Assembly (NCBI GenBank): GCA_001780275.1
Contig: MFGB01000008.1
Coordinates: forward strand, 1-61,861
DNA: 61,861 nucleotides
Direction: 5' to 3'
Source: Candidatus Falkowbacteria bacterium RIFOXYA2_FULL_47_19
GTDB lineage: Bacteria > Patescibacteriota > Patescibacteriia > Patescibacteriales > UBA12075
The notes under the pieces were generated by a model. That model saw nothing but the letters and a program-made list of their open reading frames with translations. It made no database searches and was not told the DNA's origin. The number at the start of each line of letters is the position of its first letter. The first letter of the stretch is position 1. A program made the translations under genes and the position numbers. Shown here piece after piece: positions 57,436-61,861 of this stretch.

Positions 57436-58593
57436 ATGGACAAAGGATATGTTGATAAAAAGACGAAGCGCATCGGGATCGACGCGCGGTTTTATGGTCC
57501 GACCGGCAAAGGTTTGGGTCGGTACACTAAGGAGATCGTGGACCGGGTGTTGGCCGCGGATAGTATTAATGAATTCGTGGTTTTTTTGTATAAGGAAAAT
57601 TTTACGGAATTTACGTTCGCCGGTCCGCGGATAAAAAAAGTTCTGGTCAAAGCCAGGTGGTATTCTTTCGCCGAGCAGTTGCTCATGCCGTATTTGATCC
57701 GGCGGGAAAAGCTTGACCTGATGCATTTTCCGCATTTTAACGTGCCGCTTGTCTGTCCGGCTAAATTCGTCGTGACCATCCACGACCTTATCCTGACCCG
57801 GCATCCCACTCAACGGGCGACTACCTTAAATCCGATATTTTACAAAATAAAATATTTCGTTTATAAAGTTATTATCAAATCGGCCATTAAGAGGGCGGAG
57901 AAGATCATTGCCGTTTCCCGATTCACGAAAAATGACATTATAGATCAATTTAAAGTGGATAAAGAAAGAATAACGGTTACTTTGGAGGGAATAGCGAGCG
58001 AGTTTAAGGATGACTTGAAAAAAAATGACAAAAATGTCCTATTAAGGTATAATATAAAAGAGCCGTATTTGCTGTATGTGGGTAACGCTTACCCGCATAA
58101 AAATCTGGAATGGCTGATACGCGTCTTTACCGCGATCCGGCGCGAAAATCCCGCACTGCATTTGGTTTTGGTGGGGAAAGACGATTATTTTTATTCCCGT
58201 CTAAAAAAAATTGCCGAAAAAATCGAATCCGGCCACATACTTTTCCCCGGATATATCCCTGATTCCGATTTGGGAGCCGTTTATAGGCTTTCTTCGGCGT
58301 ATGTTTTTCCTTCTCTTTACGAAGGATTCGGGTTGCCGCCGCTTGAGGCGATGGCGAACGGCTGCCCGGTAATCAGTTCGAACCGTACGAGCATGCCGGA
58401 AATACTAGGCGAGGCGGCATTGTATTTCGATCCGGAGAATAGGGATGAAATGATCCGGCAGGTCGATCGCGTAATAAGCGATCAGTACTTGCGCCAGACC
58501 CTGATCAACAAGGGATTCGGGCAAGCGAAAAAGTACAGCTGGGATCATTGCGCCAGGCAGACTTTGGAAATTTATTATCAAGTTTTACTATAG
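57436..58593 (+). CDS. Glycosyltransferase family 4 (GT-B)
   Basis: IGIDAR, GLGRY, TIHDL, YVGNAYPHKN, FPSLYEGFGLPPLEAM; TGGTATAAT lies a few bases upstream (leaderless-like). Confidence 0.93.
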   Translation: MDKGYVDKKTKRIGIDARFYGPTGKGLGRYTKEIVDRVLAADSINEFVVFLYKENFTEFTFAGPRIKKVLVKARWYSFAEQLLMPYLIRREKLDLMHFPHFNVPLVCPAKFVVTIHDLILTRHPTQRATTLNPIFYKIKYFVYKVIIKSAIKRAEKIIAVSRFTKNDIIDQFKVDKERITVTLEGIASEFKDDLKKNDKNVLLRYNIKEPYLLYVGNAYPHKNLEWLIRVFTAIRRENPALHLVLVGKDDYFYSRLKKIAEKIESGHILFPGYIPDSDLGAVYRLSSAYVFPSLYEGFGLPPLEAMANGCPVISSNRTSMPEILGEAALYFDPENRDEMIRQVDRVISDQYLRQTLINKGFGQAKKYSWDHCARQTLEIYYQVLL

Positions 58594-58721
58594 ATCAAGG
58601 TTTTAGCAGCTCTTTGTGCGTTTTCAGCAAAAGAACATTGCGGATATACGAACTTGCGCGAATCAAGATCAACCCGATATTCGGCATTCAAAAATCGACA
58701 TTCGAAAATTTAAGGGTCCCC

Positions 58722-61607
58722 ATGCAAAAAAAACAAGCTAATATTATTTACACTGATAAAGGCGATAAACCGTCCCGGTTTTTGGTTAATTTGAATAATT
58801 TCGTTAAGGAAGAACAGGAACGCGAGCGGACGGCTGAAAAAAAACGGCAGCGGAGAGGCCTGTTCGGGGTTTTGCCCGATGTAAAAGCCAATATCGGTCG
58901 CTTATTCAAGTCGGCGAACACAAACGCTTTAAACCGGACCGCGGCGGCTCAATATACACTGCCCCAGGCGGATATTAAGACCGGTGCGCCGGCGTTAACC
59001 GGAAATCGGCGGCATGATATCCTGAAACAGCTGGCCTTTTACCCCTTTTTGAGGATAATTCTGCTTTTGATTATAAAAGCGGGCAAACTTTTTTATTTTT
59101 TATGTTTCAAAACCGGCTGGCTGGCCGTTTTTTTATTGCGATTCGCGTATTTCCTGGGGTTAGCTTTTTTCAGGTTAATATCAGGAGGCGTGCGCGCTAC
59201 CCGTTTCTCGATCAAAGAAGCTTTAAGCCGGTTTTTCAGCGGGTACGGAAAATCTTCGAAGAAATATGTCGGCGCGGAGCTGGAATCGCGCGCCTTCGAA
59301 ATTATCGGATCTAACGAGCGTGATATCTACTCTGCGGATCGGCCGAATAAAACACGGGCCGCGGAAATATTTTTCCATTCCTGGGATGCGGTCGAACATA
59401 CGCGTGAAAACGCGAAGCGAGCGGAAAATACCTCCTTTTTTAGAATATTCGGCCGTATAAGCAGGCCGCGGAACGATGACTCGCCGGAGGCGGACGAAAA
59501 CGAAGAGCCTGTCGGATATCAGGATTTCCGCGCCAGATTCAAAAAAGCTTTAAAACCGGTGGCGGTTTTTGCCGCCGTTCTGGCCATAGCGATCCTGCCT
59601 ATCAAAGCTATTATGTATTACGGCGATTTACGGACTTTGCGCGGCCAGGTAATGGGTATTTCGGAGGACGCGATCGGCGGCATGGCGGCCGCGGCTGAAT
59701 CGGTATTGCGCAACGATTTTATCGGGGCGGAAGAGAATTTTTCCTATGCCAGCGACAAGTTCACTCAGGCTGAAAGCGAGATCGGCGAGATCGGCAAACT
59801 TTTATCCGCTTTGAGCGCCGTTATACCGAACGATGATATAAAATTGGCGGCTAACGCTGAATTCATGCTAGAGGCCGGTAAAGCGGGGGCAAAAATAGGC
59901 ATGAACCTAAGTTCGATCTTAAGCGGCTGGAATGCCGCCGGCGAAACGGACGTAAAAGCGATGCTGGACGATCTTTACGCGGAGGCGAAGGAAGTGAAGG
60001 GCTTGTCACGGGAGCTTCTGGCCGCGATCGCCAGGATCGAGCCGGAATATTTGCCGGCGGAATATCGTGGTAAATTCGTCGAATTACGGTCCCGTGCCCA
60101 GGAGCTCCAGAAAAGTTTCGAAGAATTAATCTCTATCGTCGAATGGTCCCGTATTTTTCTGGGTTTCGAGAAAGACGCCCGCTACCTCCTCGTATTCCAG
60201 AATAACGCCGAACTTCGGGGGAGCGGCGGTTTTTTAGGGAGTTACGCGCTGGTCGATTTGCGCGACGGCGCTTTAAAGAATATGCAGGTGCCCGCCGGCG
60301 GCAGTTACGATACCGAAGCCGGCCTTCGCGAGCGGATCATAGCGCCCGAACCGTTAGCGCTCGTGAATCCGCTTTGGCATTTCTGGGACGCTAATTGGTG
60401 GCCGGATTGGCCCGTTACCGCCAGAAAACTCATGTGGTTTTACGAGAAAAGCGACGGTCCGACCGTTGACGGGGTAATCGGTTTGACCCCGACCGTTATC
60501 GAAAGGATGCTTAAGATAACCGGTCCGATCGATATGACGGAAGAATACGGACTGGTGATCGATGCCGATAATTTTTGGGAGCTTACCCAAACGTTTTCGG
60601 AACAGAAACCCGTGAATCACCCGGATTTCCGGCCCAATCCGTTCATGGCCGAAGCGGACGCTAAAACTCCCGCGGAGGAATTAGGGCGTCGTCCGAAAAA
60701 GATCATCGGCGACATGATGGGAAAGATCATGGCCGATTCCGGCGCCTGGCTTAATCGCAGAACCTTAGCCTCTTTAGCCGGCTTATTCGAGGAAAGCATT
60801 CGCCAAAAACATATTTTACTCTACTTTAACGATAACGAGCTGCAAGGACTGGCGGAGGATATGGGTTGGGACGGCCGGGTAAAGCCGACGTCCCGGGATT
60901 ATCTCCAGGTGGTCAACACTAATATCGCCGGCGGTAAAAGCGATCGCGCGATCAGCGAAACGATCGAACACGAGGCGGCGGTCGGAAAGGACGGTTCGAT
61001 AATCGATACGGTTACGGTCCGCCGCACCCACAACGCGACCAAAGGCGAACGGTTTATCGGCGTGCGCAATAACGACTGGATGCGGATATATGTTCCCGAA
61101 GGAAGCGAATTTATCGAAGCGGAAGGTTTTAGCGCCCCGGACAGCGAATATTTCGATAAGCCGGAAGATAGCTGGGAAACCGATCCCGATCTCGCGGCGG
61201 GCGAAGGTCGGGCCGTGACCGACGTTAAAAGCGGCACGAAAATATACGATGAATTGGGCAAGACGGTTTTTGCCAACTGGTCGCAGGTCGATCCCGGAGA
61301 AACCGCCGTTATCAGGATAAAATACCGCCTGCCTTTTGTGTTGGCCGTGCCGGAGGACCAGGGATGGTTAAATAAGATCGAGCACTATCTTAACCCGGGA
61401 CGCAAAGAACTTGTGCCTTACGCTCTTTTCGCGCAAAAGCAGCCCGGTTCGGCCGGAAGCGTTTTTAAGAGCTCTTTGGTCCTGCCCGATTCTTTCCGCC
61501 CCGTCTGGCATTATCCGGAAAAAACGTCGGTTTCGTCTGCCGGCTGGGAGATTGAGGATGTTTTGGCCGTAGACAGATTCTGGGCGGTTTTGGTGGAAGG
61601 GGAGTAG
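58722..61607 (+). CDS. DUF4012-like membrane-anchored protein
   Basis: YLLVFQNNAELRGSGGFLGSY, DANWWPDWP, DGVI, NTNIAGGKSD, RIYVPEGS, QKQPG. Confidence 0.85.
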   Translation: MQKKQANIIYTDKGDKPSRFLVNLNNFVKEEQERERTAEKKRQRRGLFGVLPDVKANIGRLFKSANTNALNRTAAAQYTLPQADIKTGAPALTGNRRHDILKQLAFYPFLRIILLLIIKAGKLFYFLCFKTGWLAVFLLRFAYFLGLAFFRLISGGVRATRFSIKEALSRFFSGYGKSSKKYVGAELESRAFEIIGSNERDIYSADRPNKTRAAEIFFHSWDAVEHTRENAKRAENTSFFRIFGRISRPRNDDSPEADENEEPVGYQDFRARFKKALKPVAVFAAVLAIAILPIKAIMYYGDLRTLRGQVMGISEDAIGGMAAAAESVLRNDFIGAEENFSYASDKFTQAESEIGEIGKLLSALSAVIPNDDIKLAANAEFMLEAGKAGAKIGMNLSSILSGWNAAGETDVKAMLDDLYAEAKEVKGLSRELLAAIARIEPEYLPAEYRGKFVELRSRAQELQKSFEELISIVEWSRIFLGFEKDARYLLVFQNNAELRGSGGFLGSYALVDLRDGALKNMQVPAGGSYDTEAGLRERIIAPEPLALVNPLWHFWDANWWPDWPVTARKLMWFYEKSDGPTVDGVIGLTPTVIERMLKITGPIDMTEEYGLVIDADNFWELTQTFSEQKPVNHPDFRPNPFMAEADAKTPAEELGRRPKKIIGDMMGKIMADSGAWLNRRTLASLAGLFEESIRQKHILLYFNDNELQGLAEDMGWDGRVKPTSRDYLQVVNTNIAGGKSDRAISETIEHEAAVGKDGSIIDTVTVRRTHNATKGERFIGVRNNDWMRIYVPEGSEFIEAEGFSAPDSEYFDKPEDSWETDPDLAAGEGRAVTDVKSGTKIYDELGKTVFANWSQVDPGETAVIRIKYRLPFVLAVPEDQGWLNKIEHYLNPGRKELVPYALFAQKQPGSAGSVFKSSLVLPDSFRPVWHYPEKTSVSSAGWEIEDVLAVDRFWAVLVEGE

Positions 61608-61686
61608 GGGACGGGCGTAAAGTAAGAGTTATGGTTTATAGAGAAGCCAAGAGGTAGTTTTTTATTAATATCAAATCCGGGCTTTT

Positions 61687-61861
61687 ATGTACAAAAAGCT
61701 TATTCCTGAATCGTATATTTTTATTTTTGCTCTCGCCGCGTTTTTCGTCGTTTCTCCGGCCCCCGCGAAGGCCTCAACCGAAATAAGCGGCGGCTATATT
61801 TCCACTACTACCTCCTGGACCTTGTCCGATTCCCCGGTGATCATTACCGGCACCGTGACCG
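61687..61861 (+). CDS. Secreted protein, N-terminus only (runs off window)
   Basis: MYKKLIPES..FALAAFFVVSPAPAKA signal peptide, then TTSWTLSDSPVIITGTVT. Confidence 0.65.
   Translation, partial: MYKKLIPESYIFIFALAAFFVVSPAPAKASTEISGGYISTTTSWTLSDSPVIITGTVT

Overview
Chromosomal segment of a code-11 bacterium. Gene content suggests Patescibacteria/CPR (Parcubacteria-ABY1-like); this is inferred from the DUF4012-like protein, long ThyX, membrane-anchored Clp ATPase, many orphan membrane proteins and SD-less core genes. Housekeeping genes include rplI, pyrG, rpmA, lepA, recJ, RNase HI, tRNA-Val(CAC), miaB-miaA, gatB and secE-nusG-rplK-rplA. The window also holds a seven-gene deoxynucleotide/thymidylate cluster (dCMP deaminase, thyX, two P-loop kinases, a tmk-dUTPase fusion and a second tmk), an Rrf2-iscU-nfu-iscS Fe-S cluster and surface/glycan genes. 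Three things stand out. (1) An operon joins an arginine-synthetase/cDPGS-like P-loop ligase and carbamate kinase to a fused ASPARTATE transcarbamylase (PyrB-PyrI) rather than an ornithine transcarbamylase. (2) A translationally coupled deoC plus kinase/N-glycosidase-like fusion may form a two-gene deoxynucleotide catabolic route. (3) A pervasive set of small repeats (7-bp-period arrays often in inverted pairs, ~100-bp ACAAAT elements, TGTC..TGACA palindromes) sits at gene junctions, supplies start/stop codons, and has inserted in frame into miaA and miaB and into the L1 leader. No CRISPR array, rRNA, transposase, integrase or reverse transcriptase was recognised. All calls come from motif reading, not database searches.
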